Part shown: positions 37,440-46,264 of the stretch, in pieces
Position numbering within the stretch: the stretch's first letter is position 1
How the letters are laid out: every line of letters begins with the position of its first letter
Origin: an uncultured Bacteroidales bacterium
GTDB taxonomy: Bacteria > Bacteroidota > Bacteroidia > Bacteroidales > UBA3824
DNA length: 64,000 nucleotides
Assembly (NCBI GenBank): GCA_905234655.1
Contig: CAJOJG010000006.1
Span: forward strand, 4,709-68,708
Reading direction: 5' to 3'
Made by a program: the position numbers and the translations under genes
The notes under the pieces: model-generated
Seen by the model: only the letters and a program-made list of their open reading frames with translations
Databases searched by the model: none
What the model was told of the DNA's origin: nothing

Positions 37440-40177
37440 TTTTTCGTGATTTCGCTTGGTTTTTTGCCGAATTGGGCTTGGAAAAGTTTGGCGAAATAAG
37501 AGAGGTTGTTGAAGCCGACCATTGTGGCGACTTCGTTGACGCGGTAGCGGTTTTCGGCGAGAAGGGCGGCGGCTTTGTTAAGTCGCTCGGTGCGGATAAG
37601 TTCGTTGGGCGTCTTGCCGGTGGCTTGCTTGACCTTTTGGAACAGGCTCGACCGCGAACACCCCACAATTTCCGACAGCCTCGTCGCGTCAAGTTCCGTG
37701 TCTTCAATGTTGTCAAGTATCGCCTTGTGTAGGTCTTGCATGAACTTTTCGTCAATCGGCGATGAGGCTGGTTTTTCTATGACCTCAGTTTTCTCAGTTT
37801 TTTCAGTTTTCTCAGTTTTCTCTGTGATATTTTTCTCTGTGCCCTCAGTGATATTTTTCTCTGTGTTCTCTGCGTTTTTCCCCTCTGTGTCCTCTGTGTG
37901 TTTTGTTTTTTCCCGCCTTTTGATGATTACTACAATGGCGGCGGCAGCGGCGATGATTGACAATATGACGAACGGAAGTTTTGGCATAGAGCGGTCGATG
38001 ACGGTAATGGCGAGTTTGGTCTCGGGGCTTGTCGCGCCGCATGGTGAGACGGATTTTATTCTGAAAACATATTCGCCTTCGGGCAAGTAGTTGAGCGACA
38101 GGGTGTTGTCGTCGGCTTCATGCCAAGACGTGTCGATGTCGTCAACGCGGAACAATAACTTGTTTTGATAGGCGTTGAGCGTCCCCGGCACGGCAAATTC
38201 AAGGTACAGCGTGTTGCTGTCTATGTCCACGGTAATATGGCGGCAGAGGTGCGGCACGGTGTCGGTCGTGTGGACTTTGCCAGTGGCGAGTATGCTGGTA
38301 ATCAAGACTTTGGGCGCATTGTTGCGGGCGCTGACGTATTCGGGGCGGAAGGCGACCACGCCGTTTGTAGTGCCCATGTAAATCTTGCCGTCAGAGGAAT
38401 ACAGCGATGCGTCGGCGGTGAACTGCGAGCCGCACAGGCCATCGTATGTGTCGAAGAAGTTGAGGTTTTCGCCGTCATAGACCGCGAGTGCCTTCTGCGT
38501 CCCGATGTAGCATACGCCGTCCTGCGCCTCGATGCTGTATATTTCGGGCAGGTTGATGTCTATTTTTTCAAATTTTGAGGTCGGGATGTCGAACCGGTGC
38601 AGGCCGTTGCGCGTGCCGAGTAGGATTGTGGTGCTGTCGGTGATTTTTATGCAGTTGATGTCAGAGAGTTTGATGTCGCTCTTATAGACGGTGTGCGCTT
38701 TGGCGCGTGTGTCGTAGCGGCAGAGGCCTTCGTCAACGGGTATCCAAAGGTTGCCGTCGTGGTCTTCCTCGATAGTGTACGAGAGTTTTTTGAGCGGGGC
38801 TACGGCGTCGAAACGGTCGTCCTTGCGGTCGTAGACGTACAGGCTGTCCCACGACGCGGCGTAGAGGTCGTCGCCTTTGAGGTGCATCGCGTAGCAACTT
38901 TGACCGAAATAGTTGCGGTCGGCGACGGTGTAATTCTTTGTCTTTTTGGTTTTTAGGTTCAGTAGCCTGATTCCCTGCGAATACGTGCCTGCCCAAATCT
39001 CGTCGCCGTGGCATGATAGTGCGTGGATGTTGAGGTCGGGCATGAGGTTTTCGAATGTGCCTTTATGAGTGTCGTAGCGTGTCAGTCCGCCGTCGTCTGA
39101 CGCTATCCAAATGTTGTGGTCGTTGTCCTCTTGAAGTTCGCTGATTACATTGCCAGAGATTGAGTTGCGGTACTGGTTGTGGGTGTAGTTTTCGAAATAC
39201 TGCGTCCCGTTTGCGGCATAGTTGACGCCGCCGTAGAATGTCGTTACCCACAATGCGCCCCTTGCGTCTTTCAGCATCGAGTACACAAAGCACGACGAGA
39301 GCGATGTCGGGTCGGTGTTGTCGGCGAGTAGGATGTTGTGTGTGCGCTTTTCGGTGTCGTATATGCACAGTCCGTCGTCAGAGCCAATCATCAAAAGTCC
39401 GGGGCTGTATTCGTAGATGTTGTGTATGTGCGGCAGTTTTTTTTCGCTGATTGGGGCTTTCTGCGCGTTGCCGTCGGTGTCGATTGTGTAGAGTCCGTCT
39501 TCCCATGTGCCGTACCAGATGCGCCCCTGCGAGTCCTCGTACATCGAGCGGGCGTAGGAAGTGGATTTGATGTTGCGTAGTTTGACGGGCGAAAATTCGG
39601 TGTCCGACGCGCCTTTATAGTATAGTTGGGCTTCCTGGCTTTTCTTCGACGCCCATACGTTGCCCTTGCTGTCGCAGAATACGAATGTAGACGTCAGGTC
39701 GGTGCCGAGGGTGTAGCGCGTGGCTTTGCCAGTGGCAGGGTCGTAGCAAAAAATCCCCTGCCGGCTTGTCGAGAGCCATGCCTTGCCGCCGTGGACTGAG
39801 ACGTTGAGCACCATGGGCGGTTTGCCGTCCTCGATGGCGGGAAGGTCCGGCTTGGTGATTCGGTAGGTCGCCATGTCGAGTTCATAAAGTCCAAAGTCGC
39901 TGCCAAACAGCAACTTGCCGTCGCACAACGCCAACGATGAGACGTACTGGTTGAGTTGGTCGTCCCCAAAGGGGAAAACCTTGATTTTTGCGCCGTCGTA
40001 CCGGCAGAGGCCGTTGTCTGTGCCAAACCACATGAAGCCCGATTCGTCTTGCAAAATGCTTCTGACGCCATTGGCGGGCAGCCCGTCGTGCATGGTCATA
40101 TTGCGGAAACGGAAGTTTTGGGCGTGGCCCGCGGCGCAAATTAACAGTATGTATATGGTTGAGATTAGTCTTTTCAT
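37430..40177 (-). CDS. HTCS-like periplasmic sensor (beta-propellers + Y_Y_Y) fused via one TM helix directly to an AraC-type HTH; no kinase or receiver domains
   Basis: The preferred start is MKRLISTIYILLICAAGHAQ (ATG complement 40177); the ORF track extends to 40231. Motifs: NMTMHDGLPANGVRSILQDESGFMWFGTDNGLCRYDG (propeller repeats), EGEYVFRIKSV (Y_Y_Y), TM helix LPFVILSIIAAAAAIVVII, a low-complexity TEK-rich linker, then an AraC HTH (LSEIVGCSRSSLFQKVKQATGKTPNELIRTERLNKAAALL...VGFNNLSYFAKLFQAQFGKKPSE). At about 915 aa it is too short to contain HisKA/HATPase/REC domains. Confidence 0.85.
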   Translation of the reverse strand: MKRLISTIYILLICAAGHAQNFRFRNMTMHDGLPANGVRSILQDESGFMWFGTDNGLCRYDGAKIKVFPFGDDQLNQYVSSLALCDGKLLFGSDFGLYELDMATYRITKPDLPAIEDGKPPMVLNVSVHGGKAWLSTSRQGIFCYDPATGKATRYTLGTDLTSTFVFCDSKGNVWASKKSQEAQLYYKGASDTEFSPVKLRNIKSTSYARSMYEDSQGRIWYGTWEDGLYTIDTDGNAQKAPISEKKLPHIHNIYEYSPGLLMIGSDDGLCIYDTEKRTHNILLADNTDPTSLSSCFVYSMLKDARGALWVTTFYGGVNYAANGTQYFENYTHNQYRNSISGNVISELQEDNDHNIWIASDDGGLTRYDTHKGTFENLMPDLNIHALSCHGDEIWAGTYSQGIRLLNLKTKKTKNYTVADRNYFGQSCYAMHLKGDDLYAASWDSLYVYDRKDDRFDAVAPLKKLSYTIEEDHDGNLWIPVDEGLCRYDTRAKAHTVYKSDIKLSDINCIKITDSTTILLGTRNGLHRFDIPTSKFEKIDINLPEIYSIEAQDGVCYIGTQKALAVYDGENLNFFDTYDGLCGSQFTADASLYSSDGKIYMGTTNGVVAFRPEYVSARNNAPKVLITSILATGKVHTTDTVPHLCRHITVDIDSNTLYLEFAVPGTLNAYQNKLLFRVDDIDTSWHEADDNTLSLNYLPEGEYVFRIKSVSPCGATSPETKLAITVIDRSMPKLPFVILSIIAAAAAIVVIIKRREKTKHTEDTEGKNAENTEKNITEGTEKNITEKTEKTEKTEKTEVIEKPASSPIDEKFMQDLHKAILDNIEDTELDATRLSEIVGCSRSSLFQKVKQATGKTPNELIRTERLNKAAALLAENRYRVNEVATMVGFNNLSYFAKLFQAQFGKKPSEITKNNA

Positions 40178-40429
40178 TATTGGCAATCTATTTTTCCCGA
40201 CAAACATAAAAAAAATAATAGATTTGTCCAAAAATATCTATAATTTTATTTGTGGAACTCAAGAAACTTGTATCCGATGAAATGAACCATGTGTTCGGGG
40301 CTGTCGGCAATCCAAACCTCTGTTTCCCAGGCGATTTCAGTTACCCAACGTCGAAATTCCTTTTTGTTGAGGAACGAAGTGATAAAGACAGGGGGGCGGT
40401 GCAGTTTTTCAATTGATTTTTGAGTTTTT

Positions 40430-40465
40430 TTCAGTATCTCTGTGTTTTCCGTGTTTTCCGTGTCC
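40430..40465 (+). repeat. Solo arm of the inverted-repeat element family (copy G)
   Basis: TTCAGTATCTCTGTGTTTTCCGTGTTTTCCGTGTCC followed by AAAAAA. Only one arm is present. It lies in the regulator/GH127 divergent intergenic region. Confidence 0.6.
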
Positions 40466-40691
40466 AAAAAATACTTGCAATGTATGAACAATGTTAATTT
40501 TCCGTTTCGTCATTCCCGACTATGTTAAATTAACAATATCGTCCAAACTTATAACAAAATCGTCCAAAAACGCCATTATGGACTATCATGTTAAATATTT
40601 GGACGATTTTAGCACGCGAGGGAAAAAATAGTTTGCAACTTTGTCATGTCAATCGGGAACAAATCCGGTTAACGTAAAATTAACAAACAAG

Positions 40692-43106
40692 ATGAACAAA
40701 AACTTTTTCATATCGTTAATCTTCTCGGCTGCGGCTCTCGCCTCGACCGCCCAAAACTCTGACATCCGCGAAGTGCCTTTTACAAAAGTGCATTTCACGG
40801 ACGACTTTTGGGCTTCGAGAATCGAGACCAACCGCACCGTTTCTATCCCGTCCGCTTTTAAGGAATGTGAGAAGAACGGAAGGTTCGACAATTTCGCCGT
40901 CGCAGCGGGAATCATTAAGAAAGAGCATCAGGGTGACTTCTCTTTTGACGATACCGACCCATACAAGGTAATCGAGGGCGCAAGTTACTCTCTCGCCGTC
41001 CATTACGACAAAAAACTCGACCATTACCTCGACAGCGTCATCAATCTCATCGCAAAGGCTCAAGAATCCGACGGATATATCACAACTTGTGTAACCAACA
41101 AATGCACAAGGCTTTCCGGCTGGTGGGGCACGCGCCGTTGGGAAAAAATCAACAGCCACGAACTTTACAATTCGGGTCATCTGATTGAATCCGCCGTCGC
41201 CCACTACCAAGCCACCGGCAAGCGCAATTTTCTCAACGTCGCAATCAAAAACGCCGACCTTATTTGTAAAGTGTTCGGCGCGGAAGACGGCAAAATCCAC
41301 CGCCCCTCGGGACACCCGATTGTCGAGATGGCTCTCTGCAAACTTTACAAAGTAACCGGCAAGAAGGAATACCTCGACATGGCTAAATATTTCGTCGAGG
41401 AAACCGGCCGCTGCACCGACGGACACCATCCGAGCGAGTACAGCCAAGACCACAAGCCGATTCTTCAGCAAGACGAAATCGTTGGACACGCCGTCCGCGC
41501 GGGCTACCTCTATTCGGGCGTTGCGGACGTTGCGGCCCTGACCGGCGACAAGGACTATTTCAACGCGCTCTGCCGCATCTGGGACAACATGGCGTCAAAA
41601 AAACTTTTCATCACCGGCGGCATCGGCTCGCGTCCGCAGGGCGAGGGTTTCGGCCCCAACTACGAACTCAACAACCACACCGCATATTGCGAGACCTGCG
41701 CCTCGATTGCCAATGTGTATTGGAATTACAGAATGTTTCTCGCAACGGGCGATTCCAAATACGTAGATGTCTATGAACGTGCGCTTTACAACGGCGTTAT
41801 GAGCGGCGTTTCGCTCTCTGGCGACACGTTTTTCTACGACAATCCGCTCGAAAGCGGCGGCGAACACGAAAGGGCGCCGTGGTTTGGCTGCGCTTGCTGT
41901 CCGGGCAACGTAACCCGCTTTGTGGCAAGCATTTCCAACTATGTTTACGCCACAAAAGGCAGCGACATCTACGTCAACCTCTACGCTCAAAACACCGCCG
42001 ACATCACCGCCGGCAAGAACGTCGTAAAACTCACACAATCAACCAAAATGCCGTGGGAAGGCGCGGTGGAAATCGCCGTCGAGCCCAAAAAGCAAGGCGA
42101 GTTCACAATCCTTCTTCGTCTGCCCTCGTGGTGCGGCGAAAAGCCAGTCTCGACCGACCTCTATTCCTTCACCGACAAGGTTGGACGTTACACCCTGAAA
42201 ATCAACGGCAAAGACTTCTCTGCAAACCTCGAAAAAGGCTACTTGGTAGTAAAACGCGTTTGGAAAAAAGGCGACAAAATCTCTCTCGATTTCCCGATGG
42301 ACATCCGCAAAATCAAGGCCAACGACAATGTAGAGGACGACCGTGGCAAAATCGCCCTTCAACGCGGCCCCGTTGTGTATTGCATCGAGGGCGTTGACAA
42401 TGGCAACTCGGTTTTTGACAAGTCAATCCTCAAAAACGAAAAAATCACTTACAAATACGAACCCGCGCTCTTGGGCGGCGTTGTAACGCTCACTGGCAAG
42501 GCTCTCGAACTCACTCAGGACGGCAATGTCAAAACCGTTGACTTCAAGGCGATTCCATATTCCACTTGGAACAACCGTGGCAACCACGAGATGGAAATTT
42601 GGATTGCCGAATCGCCCGCATACTCGCGCGTCAAGCCCGCCGAGACTATCGCCTCAAAAGCCACTTCGATTACGCTTCAAGCACCAATCCAAAAGGACGC
42701 GCCCGAAAGTGCCGCCGTGGAAGGCTGGGCATTTGGCGTCAACGACCAGTGGGACCCCCTGCGCTCGTCCTACACCGCCAAGCCGTACTTCTATTGGTGG
42801 CTCAAACAAGGCTCGAAAGAGACTTTGGCATACAAGTTCGACACCGCGACCGAGGTCAGCAACGTCCAACTCTACTGGCTCGAATTTGACCATTACGACG
42901 GCTCGTACCGCGTCCCCGAAAGTTGGAAACTCTTTTACAAGGACGGCGACACATTCAAGGAAGTCGAGTACCTCAGCCCCTGCACCGTCGAGAAAGACTG
43001 TTACAACAGCGTCAACTTCAAGCCCGTAAAGACCACCTCGCTCAAAATCGAAGTCCAACTGCAAAAAGGATTTTCCGGCGGCGTGTTGGAATGGAAAGTG
43101 AATTAG
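40692..43106 (+). CDS. GH127 beta-L-arabinofuranosidase-like (DUF1680) with extra C-terminal beta-sandwich domain
   Basis: The start was moved to MNKNFFISLIFSAAALASTAQ (ATG 40692). Motifs: HELYNSGHLIESAVAHY, GHPIVEMALCKLY, GHAVRAGYLYSG, AYCETCAS and GCACCPGNVTRF (the Glu/Cys Zn site and catalytic Cys context of HypBA1-type enzymes). The C-terminal ~150 aa is discoidin-like (NVQLYWLEFDH...GGVLEWKV). Confidence 0.9.
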   Translation: MNKNFFISLIFSAAALASTAQNSDIREVPFTKVHFTDDFWASRIETNRTVSIPSAFKECEKNGRFDNFAVAAGIIKKEHQGDFSFDDTDPYKVIEGASYSLAVHYDKKLDHYLDSVINLIAKAQESDGYITTCVTNKCTRLSGWWGTRRWEKINSHELYNSGHLIESAVAHYQATGKRNFLNVAIKNADLICKVFGAEDGKIHRPSGHPIVEMALCKLYKVTGKKEYLDMAKYFVEETGRCTDGHHPSEYSQDHKPILQQDEIVGHAVRAGYLYSGVADVAALTGDKDYFNALCRIWDNMASKKLFITGGIGSRPQGEGFGPNYELNNHTAYCETCASIANVYWNYRMFLATGDSKYVDVYERALYNGVMSGVSLSGDTFFYDNPLESGGEHERAPWFGCACCPGNVTRFVASISNYVYATKGSDIYVNLYAQNTADITAGKNVVKLTQSTKMPWEGAVEIAVEPKKQGEFTILLRLPSWCGEKPVSTDLYSFTDKVGRYTLKINGKDFSANLEKGYLVVKRVWKKGDKISLDFPMDIRKIKANDNVEDDRGKIALQRGPVVYCIEGVDNGNSVFDKSILKNEKITYKYEPALLGGVVTLTGKALELTQDGNVKTVDFKAIPYSTWNNRGNHEMEIWIAESPAYSRVKPAETIASKATSITLQAPIQKDAPESAAVEGWAFGVNDQWDPLRSSYTAKPYFYWWLKQGSKETLAYKFDTATEVSNVQLYWLEFDHYDGSYRVPESWKLFYKDGDTFKEVEYLSPCTVEKDCYNSVNFKPVKTTSLKIEVQLQKGFSGGVLEWKVN

Positions 43107-43197
43107 AATTGACAGTTGACAGTCGACAATTGACAGTTAGTTGATAATTGGTACGCTCTGAATAGCATTGTCAATTGTCAATTATCAATTGTCAATT
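43107..43197. repeat. Long imperfect hairpin built from TTGACA(A/G) heptad repeats
   Basis: The left arm at 43107-43150 is AATTGACAGTTGACAGTCGACAATTGACAGTTAGTTGATAATTG. The right arm at 43167-43197 is CATTGTCAATTGTCAATTATCAATTGTCAATT, its approximate reverse complement. It starts immediately after the GH127 stop. Confidence 0.75.
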
Positions 43198-43236
43198 AAA
43201 AAAGAACACATTTTAACTTAAATACTTTTTGAAAAG

Positions 43237-46200
43237 ATGAAGCAATTATTATTGACGGCGTTGCTGATAGCCGTCTCACTCTCGGCCTTTGCCCAGCACA
43301 AGGTAAACGGCAAAGTTACCGACCCAAATGGCGAGCCGATCATCGGCGCCAACATCATCATCAAAGGGACTACGACGGGTACTATTTCCGACTTGGACGG
43401 TAAGTACGGCCTCGACAACGTCCCCGACAATTCGACTTTGGCATTCTCGTTCATCGGCTACTTGACACAGGAATTTGTAATCAATTCCTCTAAGACTCTC
43501 AATGTTACCCTCAAAGAGGATGACAACGAACTCGAGCAGGTAGTCGTAATCGGCTACGGCACACAACGCAAGGGTGACGTTACATCCGCCGTAACGAGCG
43601 TCAAGGCCGACGAGTTTACCGAAGGCAAAATCAGCGACGCGGCTTCGCTTATCAAAGGCAAGGTGGCAGGCCTCAGCATCGTCAACTCTTCGGGCAACCC
43701 TACCGAATCGAGTTCGATAATGCTGCGCGGCATCACCACAATCACCGGCAATGTTTCGCCCCTTATCCTTATCGACGGCGTGGAAGGCACTCTCAACGAT
43801 GTCGCTCCTGAAAACATCGCCTCTATCGATGTCCTCAAAGACGCTTCCGCAGCCGCAATCTACGGTACACGTGGCGCAAATGGCGTTATCATCATCACAA
43901 CAAAGACCGGCAAGCGCGAGCAGAAACTCACCGCCGTCTATAACGGATATTTTTCTATGTCAAACTGGGCTAAGAAAGCCGACTTTATGGGTGTCAGCGA
44001 CATTATGTACGGCAAGACTTCGTTCAAAGACGAATTTGGCGACACCGACTGGCTCAAAGAAATATCCAATGACCACGGTTTTACGCAGAACCACTCGCTT
44101 ACTGTGACCGGCGGCAGCGCAAAATCCACATACTCGGGAAACATCTCGTACAACGACGAGGAAGGCATGATTAAAAACTCCGGCAACGAGAACATCAAAC
44201 TCCAGACAGACCTCACGCATTATGCTCTGAACGACATTGTCAAGTTCAACTTCAACACTCTCGTCCGCCAGCAGACATACGACATCAACAACAACCCGTA
44301 TGTATACCGCCAGGCAATCATCCGCAACCCGACCTCGCCTATTTATGACGAGGACGGCTCTTACCATGAGGACTTTAACAAACTCTACTATTACAATCCC
44401 GTCGAGATGCTTAACGAGTACGGCGGCGAGGCGCGCTACAGGACATACCGCATGACCGGCAACGTAACCGTCGAACCTATCAAAGGATGGCAGACCAACC
44501 TCATGCTCTCCCGCACCGAGGGTACGACTATCAGCCAGGAATATACCACAAAAAAGCATTACTCCTTAGTTCAGAAAGAAGACTATAACGGCTCGGCTTC
44601 CAAGAGCGAGGGTGGCGACAAACAGGACAACCTCGAAATCACTTCTAAATATGACAAGACAATCGGCAAGCACCGTTTCAATGTCCTCGTCGGTTATAGT
44701 TACCTTTACAGCATGTATGACGGTTTCTCCGCATCTAACGGCAACTTCCCTTCCGAGGCTTACCTCTACAACAACCTCCAACTCGGTACGCTCCTTACAG
44801 AGAAAGACCGCCACGCTGGAATGTCGTCCTATAAAAACGACAACACCCTCGTAGGTTTCTTCGGCCGTGTTTCATACGCTTTCGCCGACAAGTACAACCT
44901 CCTCGTCAGCGTCCGTCAGGAAGGCTCGTCGAAGTTTGGCAAGGACAACAAGTGGGGTACTTTCCCGTCGGTTTCCGCTGGCTGGACAATCTCCAAGGAA
45001 GAGTTCATGAGTGGAATCGAATGGCTTGACAACTTGAAAATCCGTGTCGGCTACGGTGTCACGGGCGTTATCCCCACAGACTCATACATCTCCCAGCGTC
45101 TTTACACGTATGATTCGTATGGCGACGTGCTCGCTCCCGACGGCACTTGGACAAAGACTTTGCAGTCTACGCAGAACCCAAATCCCGAACTTAAGTGGGA
45201 AACCACCAACGAAATTAACCTCGGCCTCGACTTCTCGGTTTTGAACGGCAGGGTTTCGGGTAGTTTCGACTACTATGTAAAGACAACCAAAGACTTGCTC
45301 TACGACTACGCAGTGCCTGTTCCGCCTAACCTGTTCCCGACTACTACCGCTAACGTCGGCGAGATGAAGAACAAGGGCTACGAACTTATGATTGAGGGCA
45401 AACCTTTCGTGGGCGACTTCACTTGGACCACGACACTCACAATGTCGGGCTATAAAAACGAACTCGTAAGCCTCTCCAACGACCTCTACGTTACCGACAA
45501 TTTCAAAGAGGAGGGCGGTCTCGGCGAGCCTATCTCAACTCCTACACACTACATGGAAGTCGGCAGCCCGCTCGGCGAATTTTGGGGACTTAAGTCTGTC
45601 GGCGTAGACAAGGACGGCTTTGTACTCGTAGAAGTCCGCGACGGCGACGGCTGGACTGTCAAGCCCTTCAACACCAACCTCAATGTCCAGGAAAACCGCC
45701 AAAAACTCGGTTCCGGTCTTCCTAAACTCTACCTCGGCTGGGGCAACACGTTCAACTACAAAGGCTTTGATCTCACGCTCCAGTTCACCGGTCAGTTTGG
45801 CTATAAGATTCTTAACGCCCAGCGTTGTTTCTACGAAAACAATTCAAGTTCGTACAACCGCTTGAAGACCGCCGCCGACACTTATGGCGCGGTATCCTAC
45901 AACAAGGAGACTAAGCAACTCGAGCCTGTCCTCGACGAGAACGGCAACCAACTCCAAGTTACGCTCTCGAAGTCGATGTCCCAAGGTTTTTGGTCCGACC
46001 ACTTGGAGAAGGGCGACTACCTCAAGCTCTCCAACATTACCTTGGGCTATAAGATTCCGATTCCCGACTCATTCCTCAAATATGTCAACGGCGCAAGGGT
46101 TTACGTTTCGGCATCAAACGTGTTCTGCATTACTGGATATTCGGGCATCGACCCCGAGGTTTCTAATTACTTCCTCGCCCCCGGCATCGACTATCAGGAC

Positions 46201-46251
46201 AAGTATCCCACGACACGTTCATTCTCATTCGGTTTAACTCTTAACTTCTAA
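43237..46251 (+). CDS. SusC/RagA-family transporter (third PUL)
   Basis: 1004 aa. Motifs: HKVNGKVTDPNGEPIIGANIIIKGTTTGTISDLDGKY, VVVIGYGTQRKGD, GANGVIIITTKTG. It ends ...FGLTLNF. Confidence 0.95.
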   Translation: MKQLLLTALLIAVSLSAFAQHKVNGKVTDPNGEPIIGANIIIKGTTTGTISDLDGKYGLDNVPDNSTLAFSFIGYLTQEFVINSSKTLNVTLKEDDNELEQVVVIGYGTQRKGDVTSAVTSVKADEFTEGKISDAASLIKGKVAGLSIVNSSGNPTESSSIMLRGITTITGNVSPLILIDGVEGTLNDVAPENIASIDVLKDASAAAIYGTRGANGVIIITTKTGKREQKLTAVYNGYFSMSNWAKKADFMGVSDIMYGKTSFKDEFGDTDWLKEISNDHGFTQNHSLTVTGGSAKSTYSGNISYNDEEGMIKNSGNENIKLQTDLTHYALNDIVKFNFNTLVRQQTYDINNNPYVYRQAIIRNPTSPIYDEDGSYHEDFNKLYYYNPVEMLNEYGGEARYRTYRMTGNVTVEPIKGWQTNLMLSRTEGTTISQEYTTKKHYSLVQKEDYNGSASKSEGGDKQDNLEITSKYDKTIGKHRFNVLVGYSYLYSMYDGFSASNGNFPSEAYLYNNLQLGTLLTEKDRHAGMSSYKNDNTLVGFFGRVSYAFADKYNLLVSVRQEGSSKFGKDNKWGTFPSVSAGWTISKEEFMSGIEWLDNLKIRVGYGVTGVIPTDSYISQRLYTYDSYGDVLAPDGTWTKTLQSTQNPNPELKWETTNEINLGLDFSVLNGRVSGSFDYYVKTTKDLLYDYAVPVPPNLFPTTTANVGEMKNKGYELMIEGKPFVGDFTWTTTLTMSGYKNELVSLSNDLYVTDNFKEEGGLGEPISTPTHYMEVGSPLGEFWGLKSVGVDKDGFVLVEVRDGDGWTVKPFNTNLNVQENRQKLGSGLPKLYLGWGNTFNYKGFDLTLQFTGQFGYKILNAQRCFYENNSSSYNRLKTAADTYGAVSYNKETKQLEPVLDENGNQLQVTLSKSMSQGFWSDHLEKGDYLKLSNITLGYKIPIPDSFLKYVNGARVYVSASNVFCITGYSGIDPEVSNYFLAPGIDYQDKYPTTRSFSFGLTLNF

Positions 46252-46264
46252 GAATCAGAAAATT

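Noticed and set aside
40246-40491. 81-aa minus-strand ORF in the regulator/GH127 intergenic region.
   Set aside because: Its N-terminal part (DTENTENTE) is simply the translation of the solo repeat arm at 40430-40465. I recognise no start context or homology. It overlaps the probable promoter region of the regulator. A decayed gene fragment cannot be excluded, but I cannot support a CDS call.
43107-43197. Considered reading the TTGACA repeats as sigma-70 -35 promoter boxes.
   Set aside because: Bacteroidota primary promoters use the TTTG / TAnnTTTG consensus. The repeats form a dyad immediately after a stop codon, which fits a hairpin better than a promoter.
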